Translations under genes and position numbers: made by a program
Source of the DNA: Balanoglossus misakiensis
Lineage: Eukaryota > Animalia > Hemichordata
Direction: 5' to 3'
DNA length: 64,000 nt
Assembly (NCBI GenBank): GCA_040954595.2
Contig: CM082596.2
Coordinates: forward strand, 2,100,899 to 2,164,898
Notes under the pieces: model-generated
Database searches by the model: none
The model's input: the letters and a program-made list of their open reading frames with translations, nothing else
What the model was told of the DNA's origin: nothing
Shown here: positions 14,501-29,500 of the stretch, piece after piece
Numbering within the stretch: the stretch's first letter is position 1
Layout: each line of letters begins with the position of its first letter

Positions 14501-17500
14501 AACATTTTGTAACTGAATCCCAACAGCAGACATAATTATGGACTGGCTGATCATGCTATATCTCTCAAAATGAATATAAAATTCAGCGATTATGGATGCT
14601 TACAGCCTCTTCTGTGATTATATACAGTAGTTTCCCATAGCCCCCCTTAGACGGGCAGTAAGCCTAGTTAGAAAGGAAATACTCACATCAGCTCCAACCA
14701 GTTAGCATGACCTATCAGTGGGTGGTTTGTCCCCTTGTGTAATGGATTATCAGTGTTAAGCCTAGCAGCGGCGCCTGCAAACCAATTGCTGTGTGCACGT
14801 CATTAGTTAACTAAGAAACCTGCAACATCTACTCAACATCACCTGGGCAGGATTTAGCCTCATTACAAGCCCTATTACTCCAGTCTTTCTCTAATTTCAG
14901 TATTCTGTTATAGAGAATGTTTCTTGAAATAGATCCTGTTAGGCAACAGACTGAGTTTCTCGCGAGATATATCATTGCTGAATATAAAGTAGCTTGCAAA
15001 TACAACATATGTTGGTCAGGACTTTGTGGGCAGGACTGTAGATGGTGCAAGCAGTTATGCCATGCTTACAAGTTGGATATTCAGAAAAATTGCCTTAAGA
15101 AAAAGTTTAGTATACACATTGAATATAAAGAAATTACATTTCAGTTCAGTTCAAAAACACAGATATCCTACTGATTGTAAAATCATTTGTTACTCTTTGT
15201 TGACACCAAAATTCACAATTATTCCAATATTCCATGCAGCCAATTTTTTATGTTGTGTATAAAAACATTCCTCATATGGATCGCACTGTTTCCTTTTATT
15301 GCATTAGTGTAATATCGCTCACTATACAAATTTCATGTAAGTGCTCTGTATGTTTCCATGGAAACCTTTTTCTCAGATTTTAAATTGAGATATCATCCAT
15401 TTATACCAATCTGCGTCTCTGTACTCAGCTGTAGCAGATCACTCATGACAGAGATCTGACAATGCAGTAATATTACACCATTGTAGAGATAACAATTTCC
15501 ATGTTCCCTTTACAGATGATGAGGCCAGGCATCTGTTCTATACGTTCTTTCCTCATCAGTCACTTTTCTTCCTTTCGCTTTCCAGAGAGAGACTCTAATG
15601 AAGGATCTAGTGAAGGAGCGAGAACTGCGGTTGGAGGCTGAGAAGAGACTGACCGAGATGACCACAGAGAGCGAGACTTGCAAGACCCGACTGGAGACGC
15701 TGCAGACTGAGTTTGAAACCATGGAGGATGCCGTCAAGAACATGCTACAGTATAAATCGAAAATAGAGCAGCTGAAGATGGAAAAGTCCAATGTTATTTT
15801 GGCATATGAGGTAAACCTGCAATTTCAGCTTAAATGAACAGGATTTCTAAGGATGCATTTCCTTGAAATGATTTCCCTGGGGTATTTTTTGATACTTTAA
15901 TAATCTTGGGGAAAATTGATGGCTGGCTGTAAGGGTTATTGCAGAATAACGGATCCCTGTTGTGTGTTTGATAACCAGGCTCTTGTATTTATTTCTGTTT
16001 GATCAACCCGAAGCCACTTCTGAAACATTCTGATGCTTCTCTCCTAAAGTTAACTTTCCAGGATAATGGTTTTGTTGGTAGTCATCTTGCTGCAAAACTG
16101 CAAACCATATATTCAAATAAACAGATGAAAAAGAATGGTTTTATTATGGTTAAAATACATTTTAAAACTTCCAAGGTTTATCTCTGGTGAAAACTACTCT
16201 ACAGGCCTGTTGTCTGGAAATTAAAATGATCAGAACTGTAGCAAGTTTTACTGAGGGTACATTGGAGATCATGTTTCCAAATTAAAGTGATATTTTGTCC
16301 AAGGATTTCATATATTTAATGATGCCCTCCAGGGAATATTGGCAAGCTTTGTATTTTTTTTTCAAACAAAAAAGAGAAAAAGTCTCCCAGCTGGCTCCAT
16401 TTTGGTGTGTAAGCAAAGCAAATCCTGGGTGAAAGAATTCAACATAGTCTACTGTTCTCATAATCTTTTTGAGAAATGCATAAAATTTTACAAGTAAACG
16501 CTTGGGGCCAAATTCATTCAAAACTTGCAGAGCTATTCAACTTGGTTCAGGTCAGATGGAAAAAGCTGTTCAGTGTGAAAATTGCCATCCTGACAATTTG
16601 ACATATACTATAGCTATTCCAGAAAAAATCTTTTGGAATCAGGATACGGTAGATTCTTTGATTTATGCCCAAGGTTTTGAGATGCGAATTTGTGTGGAAA
16701 AAAACAAATCTCATGTTTTGTGATAAGCTGTGCCTTAGGTGCCGCATAGCTACCACTGATGTCGTCAGATTACGACATGTAACAAATTGCCGAAGTCTCA
16801 TAAATTTTCATATTTTCGTAATGGATGCTAAACCCTAAAAAACGAACGCCTGTTAAAATGAAACACGAGAAGCAGAATCCAGGAATCATGCTAAGGTTCT
16901 ATGATAGAAAACAGCTCGTTTTAAAAAAGTTAATCTCCGACTAATATGGGGTGAGTAACCCCAATAATCAATATCTTTTTTTCGAAAGGTGAGATGTTTT
17001 CAATATATGCATTGCAAGGGTTCCCGGCCTGGTATCCAACTGCTATATATTTGTTTGAATGGAGATGTTTTCTATCATTGCCTATATTGTAGACTATTTT
17101 GCTATACACTCTTAAACTCCTTGCCTCCAATTTGCCATAAATTTTAAAATAAAAAACCTGCCATTGCAATTTATTTTCTTTTGATCTTTTTCCAGAACAA
17201 TTTACAAAAATTTAGAACGCACATCAACAACTTGGAGCAAGATAACTCCTCCTTGATGAATGAATTCCAGAACCGCCAATCTTTGGTAAGTAACAGCTTT
17301 TTTCTTATCTTCACCGTGATTGGTCAGAAAGGCAAGTGGTGAATATGCATAAATGATTGCATATTTTTCCTATTCTTTATGATCAATATACAGGAAATGA
17401 ATATTGCCTGAGTCTTTTGAGATTTTTTGGGGTAAATGCTAGAGGTCATTCCACTGAGAGTAAGCTTAGTTACGAAGAGACCCCAGGATTCCGTTACCAG

Positions 17501-20500
17501 GCAATTAGTTTTCTGTTAAATGTTGGCAATCCCCTAGCGAGAGTTCCGTCTTTATGTAATAGACTTGTTTCAAAATGACTGCTTCACACTGGCAGCACAA
17601 GTGTGAGAAATGCAGTCATTTGAGCATAAATCACAATACTATTCGAAATACTATAAAATTTTGTAGCGTCTTTGAATTTATTCAAAAATTTGAAATCGGA
17701 CAGACAATATTTTCTTTCACGAAATCAATGCAACAGTCTGGCCCTGTTGTAGTCTTGGATAAAATGTTCTGTTAACAAAAAATTCAAGCCGTCTTATGGT
17801 CACACTTAGCAATATGTTGGCTTTGTACTGGTGAAATTCTGTAGTATATTTTTTTTTGCGAGATGGAGAAGTTGACACTCTACAAAAATTTGCACATCAT
17901 TACACATGAAAAGAATCCATATGAAGACAGCAATAGGGTTATACACCAATACTTTGCATTTATTATTATTCTCATTATACAGGATAGAAATCGGCGTCTT
18001 TTGACATCGTTTGGTTATTTCTATTTCATGTGAGAAGTGTGTTAATTTGTCATGATCGGTGATACGTGCAATATTAATGATGCGCTATATGAAACATGAG
18101 ATGGTTCAATTTTGCAAGGGGCTGTTCACTGATCAGCTTTCAGAAGGAGATTCTCGGTTTTGAGAAAGGAGACAGTTACAAGACAACGTCCCCAAGACAT
18201 TACGGCCGTGTCTAATCTTCTCGCTTTCAATACCAATAAGGATGATAAGCCAAAACTAGTATGAAATCTGTCCTCAAGGCTCTCAGGTTTGAAATGAAAG
18301 CCTCAGAGTGAGTGTCTTGCGCAAGATGAATGATGCCCAGGTCAGCAGAATTCTTCAAAGAAAAATAACTGAACTACTGAAATTTGTCGCTCTGATGGAG
18401 AGATATGGTGTCAGCCACTGAAGAGCCGGCGCATCAACAATACACAGCTTAATAATACTTAGGAAAAAAAATGATGATGCATCTTACTTCATTCTCATCT
18501 CTTTGTTCATCTCAGATGAAGACTCCATTATCCCCTGCAAAGCAACATTCTGAAAATTTTTTTAATTTCCACATAAGCCGAAGCTTTCCCTGGAGAAAAT
18601 AGTTAAAATGGAAGATTTCACTTAATAAGGAAAGATGCATGAAACCTCTGGAGATACAAAGAGTCTAGAGCTTTCAAAAATCCATTTCATAAATTTTCCT
18701 CAGTAAAAATGAAATGAATGGTGAGATTATCATTATCTCACCTTTTTTATACTTTTCATATTACAGTGTAGATTATTTTGCATCTTCAATCCATTACAAT
18801 TTGAAAGTTTCTTTCAGAACAAATGAAAGTGGCCTGAATAGGTGCTTATACTTTATGTAATAGTTTTGTGCAGAGAAGTGGTTTTAGTCCGGCTCAAATT
18901 ACCAATATAGACACACTATGTCAGACCAGACTGGTTTGGTCAGGTACGAAAGGAGGAGGGTGGTGCTTGGGTTCGGTTCAGCCCAAAGTTGTATTGTAAA
19001 CACATTGGCCTGGTTCCTGGTGGAGCTCTCACTGTTGATTCTGTGGTCCGTTTCTCCAGGAATTTAAGGAGCCCTTGTTTATGGCCAATATGCTGCTGGT
19101 ACCAATTTAATAGCTATATTTGCAATTAATGGGCACAGAAGGAATTATGACATGGCAGCGATATTTTTACATACATCAGAGTCACTTAACAGATTTTGCT
19201 TTTTGCGTGTGTTGTTTGAGCACATTTCAAACAGAAATAAATCAAAATTGACAAGTAGCTGTGAACTCCATCTGTGCAAGGTCAAGTTGATTGATAAGTT
19301 CTCACTTTCACCTGACCACGAGATGTCAGTTAAGCCGGCTACCTATAAACGACTTCGAAATGTAGAGCCTTGCTCGGCCAAATGAAAGTAAATGAATGTA
19401 AATGTTGCCCGCCTCCCGGTAAGGTCAGTGCGCACACACAGCCAGCAAAGTTATAAGACTCTGTAATGCACCTTGTCAATCTGTGAAATCTCCTTTAGAG
19501 GTTTTGATCTGCAAATTTATGACAGGAAAGTTATTGAGAAGTGTTAATTTCATTGGAAAACGCTGACCTGATTTTTAAGAGGGGAAATTCTTAACTAGGA
19601 AAGATGGCGTGTTTTATGCTGATGAGGCATTCTGCTCATTGGTTACCCGGGAAACCAGTGCACGTAAGACCATAATTTCTTTGTTTTGCCCCAAGAATGT
19701 TTGAAGATTGTGTGATTGCTTCACTTAAGTTACGTTCCTTGGCTGGATTAGCAATGGCTGGGTTGGCATGATATGGTGTTTATCCAGGCTGGTGTTTAGC
19801 CTACCATTTAGTGATGTGGAAGTTACAGGTTGGTGGGTTTAGATTCAACTATAACCGTAGATTAGTTCCTTCGAACGGCTAGGTGTTAGATAGTTTGTTA
19901 CAAATTCTGTCGAGTGATGCCAGTTTGCTCAGGCTATTTTGGTTGGTTGGTTGAGTTGGGAGGTGGCTGGGTTTGGTTGGTTGGTTGGTTGGTTAGCTTT
20001 TTGAGATATTTCTATTCTAAATAGATGAAATGAGTGTCAGCCAGCTGGTTGATTGATGCCAGCCTGGGACATTTTTTCTGTCAACTCAGGGTCGATCAAA
20101 CAGTTTGCTTATGGCCTTCAAGATAACATTCAGTGCCTGGTAAATGCGTTGACATATTCTAGTTGACGCACTAAGGTAGCGGGCAAATGCAGAGTCCAGT
20201 TGGATTCTGGGATATGTCACAATCTAGATACAGTTGCTATGATGGTGCTGTTGCTAAGGTGATCCGTTCTCCAACAAATCCAAGCTACTAAACTATGCCA
20301 CATTGCACCACTTGAAGTATATGCAAAGAAAGGAATGTCTGTCAAATATTTAACTAAAGCTTCTGTGGAAAACAAATCCAATCCTTTGCTTTTTTCCACT
20401 TGCACACCTGTATCACATGTATCTAATCATTTGTGTCTAATAATTATTAATTATCAAATGAAATGCTGTGTATTTCAAACATCACAGAGTGAGATTTGGT

Positions 20501-23500
20501 GAAACAAGAATTTCTTTGAGCCTGGCCCTGATGTGGCTGTCAGATTAGTTTGTGATGTCAACGACAATGTAGATTCCCTGATTAGGGAGGTCTTCTAGTT
20601 TCACTTTGCTCCTTGAAGAAAATTTCTTCTCCAATCGGGTGCTGATTTAGAGCACTCTCCCCATCACTTGTCATCTTTTGGGCTTAGTTGTAGAGGGATT
20701 TAAAATTGACTGTGATTCCTGCAATTTACAGGGTAATCATTGATGAGATGGGTTGTAAAACAAAATGGACAAGTCATGAGACTTTCAAGTGTGCTGGTGT
20801 ATCAGTGTACAATGTCATGAAATATGCATTGCAATAAAATGAATTTATGATGGTGAAAAGATACTCAGTATGAGAAAGACAGAAACGTGATATGTCACCT
20901 CTGTAACCCCTCACACTAAGAAACTGAAGACAGGTAGAATAGTGACAATATTGAATTTCAAATTTCAATTAATTTTGAGAAGTTAGGTTTTCCCTGCAGT
21001 GCCAAAATTTGCCAAAATAATCTAAGTTATTGTTAGTTTCTGTGTGTGCTCTGCATTGGTATTTGCTTTATCAGTGTAGCCATCTTTAGTTTTTTCACGA
21101 TTTTTTTCAAGTTGTCAATGTTTGTGTATGTACATCAGCAGTCCTGTAATTGCATTGAAACTCTGTCCATCATGCTTTGCACATTCTTCCCTGTGCAAAC
21201 AAATTCAATCTGCAGAAAAAATGTCAAACGTCGAACATTGCGAGTGGAAAGCCCTTAGGAATATTAGCAGTAAAAACCTGATGCTCTTTCTTTTGAATGG
21301 TTGCTAAATTTCATTTATTTCGCTGGCATTTAACACTTGCAGTCTGGGCCTCTCTTCCGGAGAGGTGGGTGGCAAACAAGTTGGAACATTTTTTGCCTGA
21401 TGAATGTTCCTCGTAACCGTCTTAGAGAGCGCCCTCTAGCAACAACGTAGTATGGCAGTTGCCCTCTTGAAAGACGAAGGGAACTTTTTAAAAGTTCAAA
21501 CTAAATAACAGTTGAAAACATCAGGCCAGAGCAGAATGAAGTACTTTGTGTTAAGATTTTTAGAAACATGAGATTGACAGGGATAATTAAGTGCGGTGCT
21601 AGTGTCTTTATTTCTTTGAAAAGGGCCAAAATTCAACAGATTTACAAACATTAGTTGGCTGATTTATCTGCAAGATAAAAATCACAAAGAAACCGGCTAT
21701 GACATGACTTATGTCAGTGCAGATTTGGTTGTAAGACCAAAAGGATTGATTCAATAGTAGCCGAGTGATTACATGGGATTGAGAGCAATTTCTGAAGTGA
21801 CACACTGGGAAATCGTGGCCTTAAAACCATTTTGTTGTGCGTGCAGGATTTCCACAAGTGCTTCTTTGCCAGCAAGGGCCGGCGACCAGCTTGTTTTGAA
21901 TTGAGGAGAGGTACACACTGAAATTACAGCATATGAAAAGAGAATTTTAAAACATGATGAGGTGCAATGATTTATTTATTCTTTTTTTTCCAGGTCAACC
22001 AGGAAGAAAGCAGGAAAGAAAAGTCCTTATTGTTGGAGAGACTTCGTGCCTTAGAAGCTGAGAATTCTGCACTGGTGCTAGAAAATGAAAGTCAAAGGGA
22101 ACAGTACGAAAGATGTCTTGACGAGGTAAGCTTGTTTGTCTGTTTGATCTGCAAAGGTGTAATGTTTCTATCGAAGTCGATGCATGTTTGGTAGAATGTC
22201 GTCGATCTGGGAGAGGCAACAGCGCCACCATGAGGCAGATTGCAGTCATGCTTTGGTGAACTGAACATCTGAGTACCTTAGTTACGTGCCACACACTTCA
22301 GGCATGGACAATGTAATGTGAGAATGATTGAAGCCTGCGTGGAATATCCGTGGTGGGGGGAAGTTACCTATTGTCAACCCTAATCTCTCTCTTTCCTCCA
22401 AATAATTCTACCCGTACATTTCATACACCTCTCGTTCACAATGTACCAATCTGTCATCCGCACTCGTTACAATAAAACCCATCAGTTTTGCTTGGAATGA
22501 AAGAATCTGTACGGCTGAGAACACTTGAAGACTTGTGAAGAGGAAACTCCATTAAACTATAAACTATTTCACACATCTTGCAGCAGGAAAGCTTTTAAAC
22601 TATCTAAATAAGAGAACATTTCACGGATTGTGAAGACTTTTGTTGGCGTTACACTTCAGATGACAATACATGTAAACTGAAGATGACCTTTCACCCCAAA
22701 ACCAACAGCAGGGAGCGATCACGCTCACGTATCAACTTTCAAAAAGAATGAATTCCAGATTATTCGGTGTACTTTTTAAACTGACCCTAACATTTTCCTT
22801 TGAAAGCTCAAGTATCAGTATAAAAACCACCTCAATAATTGCCAAAAAGTTGAGTATTCAGATTTTTGCACCACTATTAAAAGATGAGCTGTTTAATGGG
22901 TTGTTTTACTGTTGTAAGTTGCTACTTCACTCCAGTGCAATAGTTACACAATAGATCTGAATAATGATGTGATTAGGAATATATAGGTTGACGCAATTAC
23001 AGGTAGACTGACAGTCAGATCGCAGCTAGGGGCCAATAGAACAGGTAGGTCAAATCACGCTCAGGTCCATTTTGAAAAAAACAGATATACTCAATTTTTG
23101 TTGACCATAGGATCATACCGATAGCTTCCATAAAAAGAAAAGTTCTCTCTGTGTGTACGGTGTCTAAAACATTAATCAGCAGATTTCTCTTTGAAGTTGA
23201 GTCGGCAATACAGTAGGGTAAATTTTCAGTTTCTGTGTCTAGAAAGATTTGAAAGAATTACGTGTGATGGATTTCTAGTTGAAATTCACTGGCACTGGAA
23301 AAATTTTAATTTGGAATTGTGACGAGTAAATATTTTCAATTAGCAGTGAGCTGAACTATTGATAAGATTGCTAAAATCAACACTGGAATACAAGCTGTAA
23401 ACTTTGAACGTAAACTGGCGTAAAGGCATGCATGCAGGATTTTGGAGGCAAATTGTCTTTCAGTATAACAATCACACGATGTTTATATGCGTTGTCTTTT

Positions 23501-26500
23501 GGCAACTTGTCAAATCTCACCGAAGTTACTTTTGAAAACATTACGATTAGGTAACAGACTTAGCCAGACTGTTGACAACTTCTTGTGATATTTTGAAGTT
23601 GATCTCCAACTTTCAAAGCTATTTCCTCTTGACAAGGAGAAGGTGGAAATCAGAGCGAAAGCAATCGTGGCCTCAGGGCTTTCGCTGCTTAAAGTGTGGC
23701 TTTTAATTTACCTCAGCGTGAGGCTACAAGGCTTGTTTATGCAAAATAACAAGGCGTAGATAAACTGGGAAGATACTGGAAGAGGTTGAATCTTAATCAA
23801 CCCAGGGGAAAGAGATTTTTAATTGACAAAGTGATGTTGAAAGTGTAGAAAGATTGAGGAATTTGCTATTTTGGCTGGCCTACAAGTTGTCGATTGAACC
23901 TCTTATTGTTATAATGTCATGATTGACTTGAAAGTCTTGAAGAATAAAAAAAAACCCTGATATTGTGATTAAAAGATACATGAAGCATACATGTATATTG
24001 TACACATTCCAAAAGACAATCGCAGCTTTGAGTAAATTTGACCTCAGGATACGTGCATGTAACTGATACCAACAGTTTTGCCCTTGCAAGGGATTGAAAT
24101 ACTCTGATATAGTTGGATGTTTTTTGTTGAAAATTGACACAGTGGGGTCTAAATTTTAATGTAATTCATCTGTCCCTTGGATGGACGTCCACTGTTTCTG
24201 CGGTGGAAAGTTTGATAAAATACGGATGCCTGTATCCGGCTGTTTGTGCTTTCCAGTAGATCCTTCTGAGCCCGGTTACCAATTTTCCTTAGGAATCTTG
24301 GGAATGGATACAGGTTTCCTGTGGAAGTGCACCGGAAAAGTGACAGGAATTAGGTTAATGGAGTATTCAGGAGGTTGTGTCACTGATAAACAGTTCAAAA
24401 CTGTCTTTTAAGAGATTAGTGGTGGTTACGTGAAATTCCGGGAATTGAACTCAGAAAATCCGTGAAGAAAACACAAATTTTTTAGAAAACAGAGAGTTTT
24501 GTCAAGAGTTCCAAGGTTATCAGTCGTTCTATTGCAGTTCAGCAGCTGCTGGGTCCCAGGTGATCGCCCGCATACAAATAAAGACATACACACAACTGCT
24601 GTCAGGTTCTTCCATTGTCTTCAAATCCGATGACTATTATCAGTAGCGGGCTATTGTCGCTGTTCTATTTGCCCTGCTTTGTGCCCTGACAGCCAAACAG
24701 CCATTCTTTCAGTACACGAAGTCTGTTTACCAATGAGACAAACTAAAATCCCATGCTGTAACTGCGACTCAAATATGTCCATCAATCCATTTTCTCTTTC
24801 ACACACACATCCTTGACTACTATTTTTCCACAAGTGTAATGGAACCATCCATATCCGTTGAGTTATTGTCCTTTCAAATTCCACAAGTGAAAAGAACTGT
24901 ATTCCAAAAGAAATTTGAGGGTGTGTTAAGGGCAGTATATACAGATCACTGTTACCATGGTAACATGTTTGTTTGCTAGTAGTAAACAGTTTGTTTACAG
25001 ATACACAACTTGAAATGCACAACAGCACATCACCCATTGTCATTGAGACTTCTGCTCAAACACTTACAATTGTTGGTACAGTAACACTGTTTCTGCTGTT
25101 TTGTGTCAACGTCAACAAAGGTATTTTTAGAGTGTCACTTTCAGTTTCAAAAGAACTGAAGGTGACTCAACCTTTACAAACTATATCTATGACTGTGTTG
25201 TTACTTTAAAAAGTTGAAAGTGTTTCACAAATGTCATTTGTTTTGTTTTGTTTACAGGTCGCAAATCAGGTTGTACAGGCTCTACTTATGCAGAAGGTAA
25301 GTGAAAGTTTTTTTAAGTGTCAATGGAAGTGTCAATGGTTAAAGATTTCATCAAGTTCAAAAGCCATCGTTCATGGTACATCAGAGAAACATATAGCCCT
25401 CTTGTGACTTTATACAGAACACAAGCTCTGTGGTCTAGCCAGTGTGTTGAAGAGTCATCTTCTTTTCAAGGAACGTGCAGTGCTACATTTTGACGATGGA
25501 AGTTGTTAACACATGGTGCTCAATTGGGAGGATACTGAGTAAAAACAAAAAAGAATTGAATCCAATATAAAATGTTTAGTCTGGACATAACTAGGTTCCA
25601 AACAGCTGCTTGTACACTGTAACTTTCTGTAACTTATCATGTGGATGTATTTAGTCTTAAAAGTTGCTGAGTGGATGCTCTGTTTATATTTGAAACAAAG
25701 AATCTGAGTTTGTTATCTTTTTTATCGAAGAACTACGTAAACCAGAAGAAAGATTTAATTGGAGTCTTTGACTGCAAACAAGCCCCACACATGAAATGAC
25801 AACATTCTACAAATCATTGATTGGCTCATCAAGGTTGAACGCAAACCAGTTTGTCGCAATTGCCCCTCAGAGTCATAAGCTGACCTCCCCTGTACGTAGA
25901 CACAATAGTATGTCCTAAACACCGCAGCGAGCCAACCGTGATGAATAATGAGGAAATCAGTGTAGAGTATAGCAGTGTGTATAGTAGCGGTACTTACGAA
26001 AAGTACGTTCGGACTACTTCAAGGGGTAGTATATGACAGATGATCCCCTGAAAAAAAAGTATTGGCCAGCAGTTTCCAAAATCATGGATTTTGATCTGGT
26101 GTGTAATTTCATAGTGCTGAGTTACCTCGCCATGATTGTCTGTCTCTGGTGTTTGTCTGTCATCAAGGTAAGGGATGGTTAAATGCTTAAATACAGTCAT
26201 TGTTGTGAAAACTCAGTTCTCTTACTCTCATGTATGGTGAAAACTCCAAAGCTCAAAGGTCATGCTTTGGAATTTGCAGATGTTATGCTCATACCCTATC
26301 AGAATTCAGACATATCCAAGTTACTGTGGAAAAAGAAGTGAAAAGGTTTTTTTCTATGTTTATTTGAGCTCAGAGGGAGATCCTGTGAATTAAACATCAA
26401 TTTCAGGCTGAGTTGATTTTCGTTATTTTCGTTCTCCATCAATTTTCTACTTGACTGCTTTGCAAATGAAAAAAAGATAAACAACTAAACGTAAATGAAT

Positions 26501-29500
26501 TAACCGTAAGTGCAGATAAACTTTTCAAAACATTGTACGAAAACATGCAAAGTTGTGTCACCATTTCAACGTGAATTGTAAGACATTACAAAAATTTAGG
26601 TTCAAAGTTTAATCCTCTTGGAAAAATCATAAATAAATAAAACATGGCATTTGAAGTACCTTTTTTGACCTACTTTTGCAGAGCTTATGATCTTTGAGAT
26701 AAGTGAGTTTAATTTTGTCAAATAATAATGACCTTTTACCTAATATTTTGCACATTCTCATACAAACTGTTTGCTTGAAACTAATCTTGAATCTGTGGCC
26801 TTGTGAGTTCTGACTCCAGGGACCCAACAAAACCAATCACCAAAAATCTCAAGGATATTGAAACCAAAAGTAAGGGTCTTGACAAAACTGGAGTGTTTCG
26901 GCAAAATCCAGTGACGTTTTCTTTGCTCACAATTCCTCCAAACTTAAATCGGCGACAGCGAAAAAGAAAAACAGGGATTATGTAAAGCCTCTCTCTGGTA
27001 ATGTTTTTCACAAATGATGTAAGAATTGAAAATTCACCTCACATCTCGTATGTACGTAATCTTTCCAAACAAACAAGCCTGCCATTTAGGGACTTGTGAA
27101 CCCTGCATTAGTAGCCTTCGTATTGGGATTCTGTCAGCGACTCCCTGATTTTGTATTTTCGTTTAAAAGTCGTCCCTGGAACCGTTCATTAAAGTATCAG
27201 TGTAGCTTAAGGGCAACTTGGAATCTAGTCAAGATCTCTGCAGGAGCTGTCAGCTACGGCCTTCCAGTTGAAACCTCGCCACTGCTGCTGATTTTGGCCA
27301 CCCAACTTTGAGTTTAAAAACTTCCAAATATTCAGGATTTTTTGTCGCATTAAAAACAAAATACTTTAATGCGTGTTTATGAGTGCAAGTATTCTTCCAA
27401 TTTGGTTCAAAGGTGAGCATATATGAAAACTCATGTATTCTTGGCTTAGTAGCGTTGAAAGTTGCCCTCTTTTGAAGTTGATATAATGATATTCAGTTTA
27501 AAATTTCAATATCATGGTTTACATTATACAAGTACAGTACAGTTGACCATAACACAGCTGTGTATGGTTTGTGACAATTTTGAAATTAATGGATCATGCA
27601 GATTGGCAATATTTCAACAAAGGTTGTATTGATTTTTGGCCTTAGTAGTGTTAGAGTTTATCAATATCACTGAGTGAAACAATCAGAAGAAGAGATCAAT
27701 AGCTGCTATGCAATTATCCCTGTTTGTTATCTCAGAAGTATGTTATCGTGACGTCTCCACACCACCAATGAGACCTAGTGATGCAGAAGTATCTCAAAGA
27801 TACCTTGATGCAGTCTGCTGTCCAATTACATCATCTCAGCACAGATTGTTGCTTGAGTGCCTGTGATTTCATACCCCCCAAAATTGTGTCGCTGCAACCC
27901 CTCTCTGTTTCCAAGGTTACCACCATGCCCTGTTATCAGGGCTACCAGACATGCTGTGTTTCCAGGGTAACCATGCTCCAGCCGCCCCCTCCCTTTCTAG
28001 GATTATACCCTGTTGCTAAGGTTACAGGGCCTTCCCTCTGTTCCCAGGGTTTGTAGAGCAGACAGACTTTTCTGTCTGTCAAGAGTAGCATGTAATTTCG
28101 GTGTAGCTGGAATTAAACGGCCAAGGATCTCCAGGTAAGCTTTTCCATGTTTCCAGGGTCCCTGGCAAAGTCTGGAAAACATTTACTGAATACGGAAAGT
28201 GATGAGAACAAAACAAAACAGTTTATTTGTTGTAATGATCAAAATATTGTCACGCAGTTCTGTAAAAAAGCAAATTAACACAGGCCACTAATTATTGGTA
28301 GAAATGGTCAAACTTTTTCCCCCAATGACGTTAAATGTAACAATGTGCGTAGACACACAATGGAATTAGATCAATACTTTTAATTGGATTTCGAGTCCTG
28401 ACACCAAAAATAGATGCAATGTAACCACAGTTGAGTGGCCAGTTGAGTTGCATTGATTTCTGCAGCTAATGGTCAGTAGGGCTGACAGATCATGATGTGA
28501 TCAGTGGAAATGTCAGAATATTTCATTTTGGTCTGCTGTAGGTCACAATGCCAAGGTTGAATGTTCAAGGCTGGAAAGGTGGTTTTGGGTGGGGTTTAAG
28601 GATTGGTTGTAGACTTCAGAAACACTTGTAGTACACAAATATGTTTATTGACTGGGTTTCGTAAACACAGGTGGCAAAAATCCATAATTCCAATTAATAT
28701 AGCTGACGAAATCCATAATTCCACTTTGACGTGATGTCATAGTGAAATATCTGGATGATGATCCACTCCTGTGGGTGAAATGATGAGAACTTCAGCTTCG
28801 CTTCGCGATCATGGTGCAGTCAGTGTTTTTGGCCAGCACTGGTGAGTGTGTATGTCATGTTGGGTTTGACGTTCCAAGTCTCGTGTCTTCTCACTAAGGC
28901 ACACAAATATGGACAGATGTTGGACACTTTTACAAAGATAGATCTTATATGTATGTCTATCAATCTCATGATTGACAACGATAGTTGGCATAACCCTGCA
29001 TGGCCAATTTCAAAGTTTCGATGTGATGGATACTTCTGAAAGGTCAGTTAACGCCTGTTTGTAACATTTATTACAACATCTACAAAAACCTTGCTGTCCA
29101 GTCAGTCATGCATGCCGTATTTCAATTGAACCGCTTTTGGAGGAATGTACTCATCAAGGACAGGAACTTTTCATCTTTTTGAAATGATATCCTTGACACA
29201 GGTTGTCAGCGATGTTAGTTACTCTGCTTGTTGAAGAAGATTTGACACCGAGATACAGAGATGTTTATTGGTTAATTACTAGATTATGTTTGTTGCTATG
29301 TTCCTGAGTTTACCCTGTTAGACATTATTGAGTTGGCGGCAACATCTTAAAGAACAAAACAACAACTGAAACAGAAATGTAAGGTTTCACCACCAGTGAA
29401 ACTGATAGTTGCTTATAAGACTTGAGAGCATACATACAGTACACTGTATGCGTGTTTCATAATTTTTTCAAATATGATTCCATCACATATGGTACCTAAT

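Noticed and set aside
16720-17050. Possible interspersed-repeat fragments here and near 5650-5960 and 26200-27000
   Set aside because: Composition is suggestive, but no TIR, TSD or second copy is visible in the window; needs a genome repeat library.
28678-28722. 15-bp direct repeat AAATCCATAATTCCA
   Set aside because: Simple local duplication with nothing inserted of note.
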